A stretch of DNA of 64,000 bases from Candidatus Berkelbacteria bacterium RIFCSPLOWO2_01_FULL_50_28 (lineage in GTDB: Bacteria; Patescibacteriota; UBA1384; 2-12-FULL-50-11): the NCBI GenBank assembly GCA_001774395.1, contig MEZX01000002.1, positions 402,108 through 466,107 of the forward strand, written 5' to 3'. The number at the start of each line of letters is the position of its first letter. Position 1 is the first letter of the stretch. Shown here piece after piece: positions 55,791 through 64,000 of the stretch. A program made the translations under genes and the position numbers. The notes below the pieces were generated by a model. It saw only the letters and a program-made list of their open reading frames with translations. It searched no databases and was not told where the DNA came from.

Positions 55791-56350
55791 TCGTCATTGT
55801 TGGATTGGGTAATCCTGGGCAGAAATACGATAAGAGTAGGCACAATTTGGGCTTTGTAACGATCGGGGCAACGACAAATAAGCTGGAGCTAGAATTAAAA
55901 AAGAGCAAGTTCACATCAACGATGTATGCGAGGGGTGACGATTTCGAACTAATAGCACCCTTAACATATGTCAATGAATCTGGTCTGGCGGTGGCGAAGG
56001 TTCAGCAGAAACATGGTGTGGACATCAACGATATCTGGGTTATTCACGACGATACTGAAATTCCGTTCGGCGAAGTTCGGGTCAAGCGAGGCGGCACCAG
56101 CGGTGGCCACAACGGCATCAAATCGATTGACGAGGCGATCGGGACGGATTATTGGCGCATTCGTGTTGGTGTTGGCCGACCAGAAAACCATGAGTACGAT
56201 CTGGCAGATTACGTCCTGGCCGAGTTTAGTGCCGAAGAATCAAAACTTATTCCGGCTATCGTTGACCGAGTCAGTGACTTCCTGGTACAATCCATACACA
56301 ACAAGGAATTATCAGCTCAAACATTTAATGCTAAAAATGAAGACAAATAA
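55787..56350 (+). CDS. pth: peptidyl-tRNA hydrolase
   Basis: [23 protein letters not shown] and GGHNGIKS motifs. Confidence 0.9.
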   Translation: [187 protein letters not shown]

Positions 56351-57245
56351 CGATCCAGTAGCCGAAGAGAAACTAGCCGAACAAGAGTCGGAAGTGTTGG
56401 CGCACCACGGAACCGAACCTTCCGCGGAGGAAGCCGCGACTTCGCCCGACGAAGAAGCCCAAAAGTCGGCTGAGGTTGCCGAGATGACAGACACTGACGA
56501 AGTGATGCCGGCCGAAATTGCCGCTATCCACGAGGTGATTGAGCCTGAGTCCAAACTTGAACGAAAAAAGGCAAAGAAAGTCGAGCGTAAAACTGCTCGC
56601 GAATCAAAGCCGGAAAAATCTAAGTCTAAAAAAACCGGCCATCGTTCGGCAAAATATTTGGAAGCAAAGAAACTACTTGAAGCAGGTAAACTCTATCCGC
56701 TAACTGACGCCATCGAGTTAGTGAGAAAACTTTCGTTAAGCAAGTTTGACGGCGCGATCGAGCTTCATCTGCGCCTAACCGCCAAAAAAGCCAAAGGTTC
56801 AACTGAATCACAGCGAGGCATCTTTCATCTGCCTCACGGCACGGGCAAAGACAAAAAGATCGTGGTGTTGGACGAAAAAGCAATCGAAGAAATCGCCAAG
56901 ACCAAAAAAATCAATTTTGATATTGCCATCGCTTCGCCAGAACTGATGCCGAAAGTTGCCAAAATTGCCAAGATTCTAGGGCCGCGTGGTTTGATGCCTG
57001 ATCCAAAATCCGGCACTGTCACTAACGACCCGAAACACGTTATGGACGAGATTAGTTCTGGTAAGACGCAGTATCGCGTTGACGCTTCAAACAATGTTCA
57101 CCAAACAATCGGCCGAGTCTCATGGGAAACCGACAAACTGACAGAAAATGCCAAAGTTGTTCTGGCCGTTTTTCCTAAAACTCGCCTAGCTTCGGCGCAC
57201 CTCGGCGCCAGCATCGGTCCAGCAATTCCGCTTGAACTAAAGTAA
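56337..57245 (+). CDS. rplA: 50S ribosomal protein L1, with an apparent about 90-aa acidic N-terminal extension (start uncertain)
   Basis: The L1 core begins around AKYLEAKKLLEAGKLYPLTDAIELVRKL. The upstream in-frame region is E/A/K-rich with several candidate ATGs. The ORF is open back to 55968. Confidence 0.7.
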   Translation: MKTNNDPVAEEKLAEQESEVLAHHGTEPSAEEAATSPDEEAQKSAEVAEMTDTDEVMPAEIAAIHEVIEPESKLERKKAKKVERKTARESKPEKSKSKKTGHRSAKYLEAKKLLEAGKLYPLTDAIELVRKLSLSKFDGAIELHLRLTAKKAKGSTESQRGIFHLPHGTGKDKKIVVLDEKAIEEIAKTKKINFDIAIASPELMPKVAKIAKILGPRGLMPDPKSGTVTNDPKHVMDEISSGKTQYRVDASNNVHQTIGRVSWETDKLTENAKVVLAVFPKTRLASAHLGASIGPAIPLELK

Positions 57246-57763
57246 TGACGGCGCGCCTCGTCGGGCCCGTCGCGTTTCTGGCTTTGGTCGCAGTAGGTTT
57301 TTTGATGTTTGGTGCTAGTGATTCGACGGGCAACAAGCAGCTAACTCCCGCCGAAACCATCGCGCCTTATGCGACGAATGTTGCGATTCCCAACATTCAG
57401 ATTACTGACGCGGCAGGCAAGGAAACTTGGCTGAATAAATTGCGTGGCCCGATCCTTATCACGCTCTGGAGCGGCGAATGTCCGGAGTGTAAAGAGGGGC
57501 TCAAAGATATTGAGACATTCGTAAAAGGGAACACCCAATTCAAAGTGATGCTTGTAAATCATCTCCAGAATCCCGAAACCGCCAATGCGGTGCTGAAAAA
57601 GAATAGTGTAACGTTGCCGACGTATTTCGATCACAACGGTGATGCGTTCCGCGCGCTCTCTGCAACCATGCCCGCCTCCTATTATATAATTGAGGGACGA
57701 ATTCGCTACTTCTTCCCGGGTCGAATTTCCACCGAACATCTGCAAGCGCTGTTAACGCAGTAA
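57245..57763 (+). CDS. TlpA-like thiol-disulfide oxidoreductase (thioredoxin fold, membrane-anchored)
   Basis: N-terminal TM, WSGECPECKEG CxxC active site. Confidence 0.65.
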   Translation: MTARLVGPVAFLALVAVGFLMFGASDSTGNKQLTPAETIAPYATNVAIPNIQITDAAGKETWLNKLRGPILITLWSGECPECKEGLKDIETFVKGNTQFKVMLVNHLQNPETANAVLKKNSVTLPTYFDHNGDAFRALSATMPASYYIIEGRIRYFFPGRISTEHLQALLTQ

Positions 57764-57820
57764 TAAAAAAACCGCGCCGGGAGCTTGGGGGCTCCAGGCG
57801 CGAAGGGGTGGGGTTGGTAC

Positions 57821-58213
57821 TTATTCGTAAACGCATATTGTTTCACCTTGCCAGACGGCGTCCCAGAATCTCACACCCCTATGTCCGCTGTAGCGTTTCG
57901 AGGTCAAGAATTCGACCCCAAGTAAACCGGAGAGAATTTGCTTGGCGGCTTCGACGTCGGTAACTTCCATTTCGAGGATGGGGCAGGATCGTGTCTTCCC
58001 ACGCCCAATGCTTTCTTCGCATTGCTCGGGAATCGCTTCGTTGAGAATCTTAGAGAAAGCTCTCTTTTCTTTCGGATTACACTCGAGCAGCTTGTCCAAC
58101 GCCTCGAGCAAAGCGATAGACCGTTCGTGATATTGAAGACAGTCCCGACAGTCGTTGATCTGTGACCGTAATATCTGCATGTGCGCCCTCCCGCGAAAAT
58201 TCGCTTGAGGCAA
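57821..58213 (-). CDS. hypothetical protein (C-terminal glyoxalase/VOC-like segment?)
   Basis: VTDVEAAKQILSGLLGVEF resembles VOC-family beta-alpha-beta units. Weak. Confidence 0.25.
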   Translation of the reverse strand: MPQANFRGRAHMQILRSQINDCRDCLQYHERSIALLEALDKLLECNPKEKRAFSKILNEAIPEQCEESIGRGKTRSCPILEMEVTDVEAAKQILSGLLGVEFLTSKRYSGHRGVRFWDAVWQGETICVYE

Positions 58214-58246
58214 TTATATTCTTTCCTCGGTTTCTATCAACCAGTG

Positions 58247-58276
58247 TTGACGGTCTAGTTAGTTTTTGCAATAATG
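58247..58276 (+). promoter_or_regulatory. putative promoter and long leader of the rplJ-rplL operon
   Basis: TTGACG-18-ATAATG about 200 nt upstream of rplJ. The leader may correspond to the L10-leader autoregulatory element. Confidence 0.3.
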
Positions 58277-58473
58277 TTTGAGCTACGAAGAAAGTAGGTG
58301 ACCCCTTCGACTTCGCTCAGGGTAAACCCCGACAAGTTGAAGCAAGTCTTAATTTCCTACCGAGGGCAAAACGATTTAATCGTCCTTGCTTTGTGGGCGG
58401 TTTTTAAATTTTCGGAGAATTGGAAATTGAAAACTGCAAAATGAAAATTGTTAAATCCGGAGGATTTAAGATA

Positions 58474-59172
58474 ATGCCAATACTACGAGCCCAAAAAGTT
58501 GATCTAGTCGCCAAGCTAACAGAGGAGTTGCAAAACTCCCGGGTAGCGCTGGTTTTTGCTTACACTGGTTTGAATATGTCGGCCAACGACAAGCTGCGCA
58601 CGGCGGCTTTTGAAGCTGGCGCCAAGATCAAGATGATTTCAAATAATCTGTTGAGGCTGATCTTAAAAAACACCAAACGCGAGCTGGAAATTCCCGAAAA
58701 AACTTTAGCCTTGGCGTATGGATTTGAGGACGAAGTTGTCGCCGCCAAAACTTTGGTGGAATTTGCCAAAGAGACTGAAACGCTGGAAGTTTTGGGTGGG
58801 TGGATCGATGGTAATTTCTTCGACGCCTCGCAGATCAAAACCCTGTCCGCACTGCCAAACAAAGAAACTTTACAGGCGCAGCTGGTAGGCCGTTTGAATG
58901 GAATAATCGCTGGTTTGGCATATTCTTTGAACTTCCCGATTCAGAAGTTGGCGTTTGTTGTTGAAGCAGTCAAGAACGCCCAACCGGCAGCCGAAGTAAA
59001 GGTAGAGGAAAAACCAGTCGCAGAAGATCCCAAGGCAGAGGAGCCCTCTGAATCAGCGGAAACTCCTACTGAGGAATCAAAAGAAGAAACTAAAACCGAA
59101 GAAGTAGAGGTGTCGGACTTGTCCGACGGAGCTTTAGCGAAGTCGGAAGAAGTTAAAGAAGAAGATAAATAA
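58474..59172 (+). CDS. rplJ: 50S ribosomal protein L10 with acidic E/K-rich C-terminal extension
   Basis: MPILRAQKVDLVAKLTEEL...; GGAGGA SD 9 nt upstream; about 60-aa E/K/P-rich tail. The ORF track gives 58420. Confidence 0.8.
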   Translation: MPILRAQKVDLVAKLTEELQNSRVALVFAYTGLNMSANDKLRTAAFEAGAKIKMISNNLLRLILKNTKRELEIPEKTLALAYGFEDEVVAAKTLVEFAKETETLEVLGGWIDGNFFDASQIKTLSALPNKETLQAQLVGRLNGIIAGLAYSLNFPIQKLAFVVEAVKNAQPAAEVKVEEKPVAEDPKAEEPSESAETPTEESKEETKTEEVEVSDLSDGALAKSEEVKEEDK

Positions 59173-59225
59173 TATAGTAAAACCCATTATCGGTTAGAGC
59201 CGATAATGTAAAAGAAAGGAATAAT

Positions 59226-59609
59226 ATGGCAGATAAAGTAGACAAATTGATTGATCAGATTGCCGAGTTATCGGTAATGGAATTGAGTGAGTTAGTAAAA
59301 GCCGTTGAAGAGAAGTTCGGTGTTAGCGCTATGCCTGTCATGGCTGCTGGCGCTCCTGCTCCAGCCGCCGGTGGCGCTGCCGAAGCCGCCGAGGAAAAGA
59401 GTGAGTACAACGTTGTACTGACCGCTTCGGGCGAGCAGAAGATTGCCGTCATCAAGGCCGTTCGTGAGATTAAACAGGACTTGGGCTTGAAAGAAGCCAA
59501 GGATCTCGTTGACGCCGCTCCTAAAGAACTCGGTGTCATGAAGAAAGCCGACGCTGAAGAAGCGAAGAAAAAGCTCGAAGAAGCCGGCGCTACGGTTGAG
59601 CTAAAATAG
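59226..59609 (+). CDS. rplL: 50S ribosomal protein L7/L12
   Basis: Ala-rich hinge and C-terminal domain [39 protein letters not shown]. Confidence 0.9.
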   Translation: MADKVDKLIDQIAELSVMELSELVKAVEEKFGVSAMPVMAAGAPAPAAGGAAEAAEEKSEYNVVLTASGEQKIAVIKAVREIKQDLGLKEAKDLVDAAPKELGVMKKADAEEAKKKLEEAGATVELK

Positions 59610-59690
59610 CTCAACACGAGCAACCCCGAGCGTAGTCGAGGGGCGCGACTGTTGAATTGAAGTAATAATTCTTAAATTCTAAATGCGAGA

Positions 59691-59713
59691 GCCGCCCAAC
59701 CGGGCGGTTTTTG
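59691..59713 (+). terminator. rho-independent terminator after rplL
   Basis: GCCGCCCAACCGGGCGGTTTTTGC. Confidence 0.65.
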
Positions 59714-60163
59714 CTAACCACCTAATATTTTTCTGATTTTTGGCAGAACGCGTTGATGGTTTGGCCAGGTTAAGGCCTCTTCGAGCTTGTCGAGTGTGTA
59801 CCAACCGTGCTCTTCGTTGCCCTCTAAATAATGCACATCAGTATTAGGAATTTCGATCAAAAATGCCCATTCGGTTGAGAGTTTGTTTTGGGCTTTAAGA
59901 TCTACTACTTCTTTATGATTCAGATTTGTTACCGAAATCGGTTCAACACCAAACTCTTCGACGGTTTCGCGCCGAGCAGCTTGCTCCAGGGTTTCGTCCG
60001 GAATATTGTCGCCGACGTGCCCACTCAAAACATTTTTGTAGCCGTCGTGATGATGCTGAACAAAGAACTCAATTCGCCCGTTATTGTTGCGGTAAGCGAA
60101 CATTAAGATTTTGGTGACCTTTTTCATTGCAAACAGTATTACAAATTCAGTCGGTAGTTCCAA
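59714..60163 (-). CDS. NUDIX hydrolase
   Basis: NUDIX box GHVGDNIPDETLEQAARRETVEEFGV (GX5EX7REUXEEXGU). Confidence 0.75.
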   Translation of the reverse strand: MELPTEFVILFAMKKVTKILMFAYRNNNGRIEFFVQHHHDGYKNVLSGHVGDNIPDETLEQAARRETVEEFGVEPISVTNLNHKEVVDLKAQNKLSTEWAFLIEIPNTDVHYLEGNEEHGWYTLDKLEEALTWPNHQRVLPKIRKILGG

Positions 60164-60233
60164 CCGATTTGCAGTAAATCATGCTTGCTGTGTCGACATT
60201 TTGAGATGATTGCGCTAAACTAGCGCTGGAGGA

Positions 60234-60725
60234 TTGAACATGACTTGTCGGTACTGCAAAAAAGATCCCAAGGCTTTCATGCTGATTCCTGAGGGCCTGG
60301 AAGCGGTTGACGTGAACCAGTCACCCTTTGCTTGTTTTGATTGTGCGATTAGGGAAGGCATTCTCTGCGTCAAGCACAATAGGGCTCATCAGTGTTTCGG
60401 CCTTGGTAAGCATGCTTGTTGGGGTTGTGTTGACGAGGCGCGCCAGCATCTGGCGCCGCACACTGAGCGGGTGTTGGCGCTAGTGTTGAAACTGCTGGAG
60501 AGGCTGCCGAAAGACCTTCGTGTGCAATTCTTTGAACAGGGGGCGATTGATGTTGCACCGGTCGGAGGAGGCAAAGGTCGCATCTGCTTTGAGTTCCTGG
60601 CGCGCGAGATCGCGATCAACAAACTCGATCCCGGCGAGTTCGTCAAAAAGTACTTTCTCGAGAACCGTGAGCAAGGCGAGATCTTCGCGCTTCTCAAGCC
60701 GTTTCCACGGCATGTCGGCGCCTAG
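60234..60725 (+). CDS. Cys/His-rich hypothetical protein
   Basis: CRYC...CFDC...C..H..H.C...H.CWGC spacing suggests metal-binding sites. No recognisable family. Confidence 0.3.
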   Translation: MNMTCRYCKKDPKAFMLIPEGLEAVDVNQSPFACFDCAIREGILCVKHNRAHQCFGLGKHACWGCVDEARQHLAPHTERVLALVLKLLERLPKDLRVQFFEQGAIDVAPVGGGKGRICFEFLAREIAINKLDPGEFVKKYFLENREQGEIFALLKPFPRHVGA

Positions 60726-60738
60726 CGCGCCACCACCC

Positions 60739-60771
60739 AAAAGCCGCATGGGGCCCGCCCCAGCGGCTTTT
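60739..60771 (+). terminator. hairpin terminator-like element, copy 1 (AAAAGCCGC-loop-GCGGCTTTT)
   Basis: CCAAAAGCCGCATGGGGCCCGCCCCAGCGGCTTTTGA: 9-bp stem flanked by an A-tract and a T-tract. Confidence 0.6.
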
Positions 60772-60913
60772 GAACTACAACTGATTGATCTCTAGCGCAA
60801 ATAGCGGTAGTATTCTCTACGAAGTAGATCTTTCTGTCAGACCGTCGGTCTAATAGGAATTACCTCAAGTTCGGGCTCTAAGCCCGCGCAAATTTATTTT
60901 CGGGAGCAGTAAC

Positions 60914-61843
60914 GTGAATGAACTATTTGATAGGGATATCTTGAGCGGTGAGCAGTTCACGCTCGATGAGATTCAGACAGTCATGGGCGTGGCGCATGAT
61001 ATGCGTCGGCGCGTAGCCCATGGCACTCATCTCGACAACTGTCACGGAAAAGTCCTCGCCTCGCTCTTCTTTGAGCCAAGCACGCGGACGCGGCTGTCGT
61101 TTGAGACGGCAATGTTGCGGCTCGGCGGCCAGGTGATCGGCTTCTCTTCGGCGGAGTCGACTTCTGTGAGCAAGGGCGAGACGCTATCAGACACGATTCA
61201 GATGGCGGATCAGTTCGCCAACGTAATTGCGATGCGCCATCCGCGAGTTGGATCGGCGCACGAGGCAGCGGCAGTCGCCGTGCGGCCGGTGATCAACGGC
61301 GGCGATGGAATTGGCCAGCACCCAACCCAGGCGCTTCTGGATCTGTTCACTCTCCAACAAGAACTTGGCGACTTTGACGGAAGGACGATCGCACTGGTCG
61401 GTGATCTGCGGCACGGTCGGACGGTCCACTCGGCGGTTGAGATATACAAGCATTTCAACTGTAGGCTGATCCTGGTTTCGCCTGAGCAGCTTATGCTTCA
61501 GCGTCCAATGGTGGAATCGCTGCACAAGAGTGGCGTGGCCGTCACAGAGACGACAGATCTGGAATCGGCGCTTTCCGCTTCTGACGCGGTCTACATGACC
61601 CGCATCCAGAAGGAACGCTTCGCTGATCCGAGTGAGTACGAAAAGGTGAAGGGCTGCTACGTGCTTAACCGCGAGCTGATCATGCGGACCAATTCGCGCA
61701 TCGTTGTACTTCATCCGCTGCCGCGCGTGGACGAAATTTCCACCGACGTGGACGACCTGCCCGGCGCGGCGTACTTCCGCCAAGCCCAAAACGGGGTTTA
61801 CGTGCGCATGGCGCTAATCGCGATGGTGCTCGGCAAGGCCTGA
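60914..61843 (+). CDS. pyrB: aspartate carbamoyltransferase catalytic subunit
   Basis: STRTRLSFE carbamoyl-phosphate binding motif, HPTQALLD and HPLP motifs. Confidence 0.9.
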   Translation: MNELFDRDILSGEQFTLDEIQTVMGVAHDMRRRVAHGTHLDNCHGKVLASLFFEPSTRTRLSFETAMLRLGGQVIGFSSAESTSVSKGETLSDTIQMADQFANVIAMRHPRVGSAHEAAAVAVRPVINGGDGIGQHPTQALLDLFTLQQELGDFDGRTIALVGDLRHGRTVHSAVEIYKHFNCRLILVSPEQLMLQRPMVESLHKSGVAVTETTDLESALSASDAVYMTRIQKERFADPSEYEKVKGCYVLNRELIMRTNSRIVVLHPLPRVDEISTDVDDLPGAAYFRQAQNGVYVRMALIAMVLGKA

Positions 61844-61873
61844 CGCCAAGCTCGCTCGTCTCCCGCACAACCA

Positions 61874-61907
61874 AAAAGCCGCATGGGGCCCCTGCCCAGC
61901 GGCTTTT
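61874..61907 (+). terminator. hairpin terminator-like element, copy 2 (near-identical to 60739-60771)
   Basis: CCAAAAAGCCGCATGGGGCCCCTGCCCAGCGGCTTTTGA. Confidence 0.6.
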
Positions 61908-62341
61908 GAAAAATACTCAAAATCGAAAAATCAAATAAAAAAAGAAGTCCCGCATATTTGCGTATACGGGAACTTCTTTCCACACTTGCACCAAAAGGAT
62001 GTATCTGCAGGCAACCTACGTTTCGCCTTCTTGAACGTCGCAAAACGCTCAACCATCACTCCAAACACATTTGCCTTGTGGAAGGACAGGGCTGTGTTTT
62101 TAACGATCTCACGATCTCGAACACAAGCGAACAATCACACACTACCTAACACTTATCGCTTTGATGCGCCTAACGAACGAACTACACCACGGAAGGACAG
62201 TATCCTATCCATGAGCCCATGAGGGCTATATTCAATATACGCCTTTTTTGCTATTTTTGGTCAAGCCCTAGCTCTAGCGCGGCACGCATTTTATTGCTAA
62301 CGATTAAGTAAAGACTTAGATATGGGAAGGAGGTGAAGAAG

Positions 62342-62509
62342 ATGGGAACGCATTATGTTTGCCGCGGTGAATGCAAAGCGGTTTCAGATGAAGAGGGGAG
62401 CTGCAGCAGTGATAGCTGCTCGATGCACGGTCAGAAGCTAGAGATCTGTCCTTGCACAGATGGCTCGCACAGTACTAGTCCGATGGAGATGGGCGCTGAT
62501 GAAGCATAA
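62342..62509 (+). CDS. small Cys-rich protein (55 aa), probable metal-binding - not in the ORF track
   Basis: Strong SD GGAAGGAGGTG 7 nt upstream. MGTHYVCRGECKAVSDEEGSCSSDSCSMHGQKLEICPCTDGSHS with 8 Cys. Confidence 0.45.
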   Translation: MGTHYVCRGECKAVSDEEGSCSSDSCSMHGQKLEICPCTDGSHSTSPMEMGADEA

Positions 62510-62735
62510 CGCCGTCAATGTTGTTGGCTGGTTAGGGGTGATTGCGATTGTCCTGGCTTACGGGCTCAATATTGCAGGAGTTGTCGCGGTTAGTTCCTAC
62601 GTCTACCTGCTGCTAAATGGGCTCGGTGCAGTTGCTTTGATTTGGGAATCATCAACCAAAAAAGACTGGCAGTTGGTGGTGCTTAATATAGTTTGGGCTC
62701 TTATTGCCATTTACGGTGTGCTAAGTGCCCTCTAA
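62498..62735 (+). CDS. small two-TM membrane protein
   Basis: MKHNAVNVVGWLGVIAIVLAYGLNIAG...VVLNIVWALIAIYGVLSAL. The ORF track gives 62460. Confidence 0.35.
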
Positions 62736-62752
62736 CTGGTAGAATAACCAAA

Positions 62753-63271
62753 ATGAGCAAGTTGCAGACTGTTGTCTTTTTAGTGCGCCACGGCGAGACC
62801 GACCATTTTTATAGTGTTGATGAGAGTATAGATAAGCAACGGCAGCTAACCGGTCGTGGCCGAGCTCAAGCCACGGTAGTGGGTAAGTATCTGGCACAGT
62901 TTATGCCCGAGATAATTTACTCCAGTCCGCTGGAGCGTTGCCGTGAAACGGCCGCATTAATCGCCAAAGAAATAGGCGATCCCAAGATTGAGACAACGGC
63001 GAAACTCGCGGAAATATACTCTCCAGAACCGAGGAATGAAGCAGGGGAGAGGGGAGAGTCAATTTTTTCACGCATCTTGACCAAGCATGCTGGTGAACAG
63101 GTGGTTTGCGTGACCCACCAATATATTATCCGTTATGCTGTGGCTGATTTTCGACACTCGGAGTACGAACACATTCCATGTGATTCTGCCGACGTTTATC
63201 GCTTCGTTTTTGCCGGCAAGATTCTGGTTGAGGTCACCCACTTACGTCCGGCCCATGAAATTCACAGTTGA
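62753..63271 (+). CDS. histidine phosphatase superfamily protein (phosphoglycerate mutase family), second copy
   Basis: MSKLQTVVFLVRHGETDHF catalytic RHG motif. Paralog of the gene at 22734-23315. Confidence 0.7.
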   Translation: MSKLQTVVFLVRHGETDHFYSVDESIDKQRQLTGRGRAQATVVGKYLAQFMPEIIYSSPLERCRETAALIAKEIGDPKIETTAKLAEIYSPEPRNEAGERGESIFSRILTKHAGEQVVCVTHQYIIRYAVADFRHSEYEHIPCDSADVYRFVFAGKILVEVTHLRPAHEIHS

Positions 63272-64000
63272 TCATTCTCTGGCTGGTTCATTCGCGCGTA
63301 CCGGAACGCTAGACACAGCGCACGGTAGGGTCGTTACCCCAGCTTTTATGCCAGTTGGTACGATGGGCGCCGTAAAAACCTTAGCGCCGTGGGAGCTGGA
63401 GGAGCTTGGCAGTGAAATTATTTTAGGAAACACGTACCATCTGCACTTGCGCCCGGGCGAAAACGTCATCCAAAAAACCGGCGGCCTGCAGAAGTGGACG
63501 GGTTGGAATAAGCCGATTCTAACCGATTCCGGTGGCTATCAGGCTTTTTCGCTCGGCAAGACCAAAGCCAACATGGCCAAAACCACCGATCGTGGTGTGC
63601 AATTTTATTCACATCTAGATGGTAAGAAGCTTTTCTTTACGCCCGAGAGTGTTATCGATATCCAACTTAAACTCGGTTCAGACATCGTGATGGTTTTAGA
63701 CGACTGCGCGCCTTACCCTTCCACTACGGCGCGTCTTCAAGAAGGAGTGGCCAGAACAGGGGAGTGGGCGAAAAAATCGGTTGATTATTGGCAGCAGATT
63801 CACAACTTGGACCTGAAGGCCTGCCCTTCAGGGAAGATTTGCGGAAAGGCCTTGTTTGGAATCGTGCAGGGTGGTACGGACAAGAGCCTACGGCAACAAT
63901 CGCTAAACGACATTCAGAGTTTGCCATTTGATGGTATTGCTATTGGCGGCGTGTCGGTGGGGGAGGGGAAGGAAAATATGCTCTCAGCGGTGGACTTTAT
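63255..64000 (+). CDS. tgt: queuine tRNA-ribosyltransferase (tRNA-guanine transglycosylase), 5' partial at window edge
   Basis: MKFTVDHSLAGSFARTGTLDTAHGRVVTPAFMPVGTMGAVK...ILGNTYHLHLRPG...LTDSGGYQAFSL. Not in the ORF track because it runs off the window. Confidence 0.85.
   Translation, partial: MKFTVDHSLAGSFARTGTLDTAHGRVVTPAFMPVGTMGAVKTLAPWELEELGSEIILGNTYHLHLRPGENVIQKTGGLQKWTGWNKPILTDSGGYQAFSLGKTKANMAKTTDRGVQFYSHLDGKKLFFTPESVIDIQLKLGSDIVMVLDDCAPYPSTTARLQEGVARTGEWAKKSVDYWQQIHNLDLKACPSGKICGKALFGIVQGGTDKSLRQQSLNDIQSLPFDGIAIGGVSVGEGKENMLSAVDF

Noticed and set aside
55968-56336. N-terminal 120 codons of the 425-aa ORF covering rplA
   Set aside because: This is an open frame without a start codon. 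It overlaps pth in another frame, and the first ATGs are at 56328/56337, so only the downstream portion is called as rplA.

Overview
This is a bacterial chromosomal window of about 50% GC, read in the standard genetic code (RF2 is present and long ORFs are uninterrupted). It is densely packed with housekeeping genes.

Genes and loci called:
- Cell-wall and division genes (murG, murC, murB, an FtsQ-like protein, PBP1A, a RodA/FtsW-type protein).
- DNA repair and recombination genes (recJ, radA, dprA, topA, recR).
- Aminoacyl-tRNA synthetases (tyrS, argS, cysS), prfB, pth, pyrB and the 5' part of tgt.
- A complete type IV pilus locus at about 26.6-38.9 kb (PilN/O-like proteins, pilB, pilT, pilC, a LamG-domain pilin, the major pilin, pilD and four pseudopilins).
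- Pieces of the conserved rpmG-secE-nusG-rplK-rplA-rplJ-rplL cluster, scattered across the window.
- Five tRNA genes I folded by hand: Pro-GGG, Thr-UGU, Tyr-GUA, Thr-GGU and Trp-CCA.
- Three short genes missed by the ORF track: rpmB (L28), rpmG (L33) and a 55-aa Cys-rich protein.

The gene content (T4P, Gram-positive-like envelope genes, small proteins, zinc-ribbon forms of L28/L33) is compatible with a small-genome bacterium such as Patescibacteria/CPR; this is inference only.

Most unusual regions:
- A tRNA-Thr/Tyr/Thr array interrupted by a free-standing LAGLIDADG-like homing-endonuclease gene, with a perfect 34-bp palindrome and a degenerate tRNA-Tyr 3' remnant.
- A ThyX-like (tandem) + P-loop kinase + dCMP deaminase dTMP-synthesis module flanked by tRNAs.
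- A GC-rich (about 58-60%) island at 50.8-53.6 kb. It has a textbook consensus promoter and a long hairpin 5' UTR, and encodes three signal-peptide proteins. One of these carries an LPATG sortase-type sorting signal; the others contain tandem PGPTIQLPGKP repeats and poly-Ala/Ser tracts.
- A signal/TM-anchored radical-SAM-like protein with a non-canonical Cys motif.
- A 64-bp tandem repeat upstream of rplU, and a dispersed 15-mer intergenic motif.
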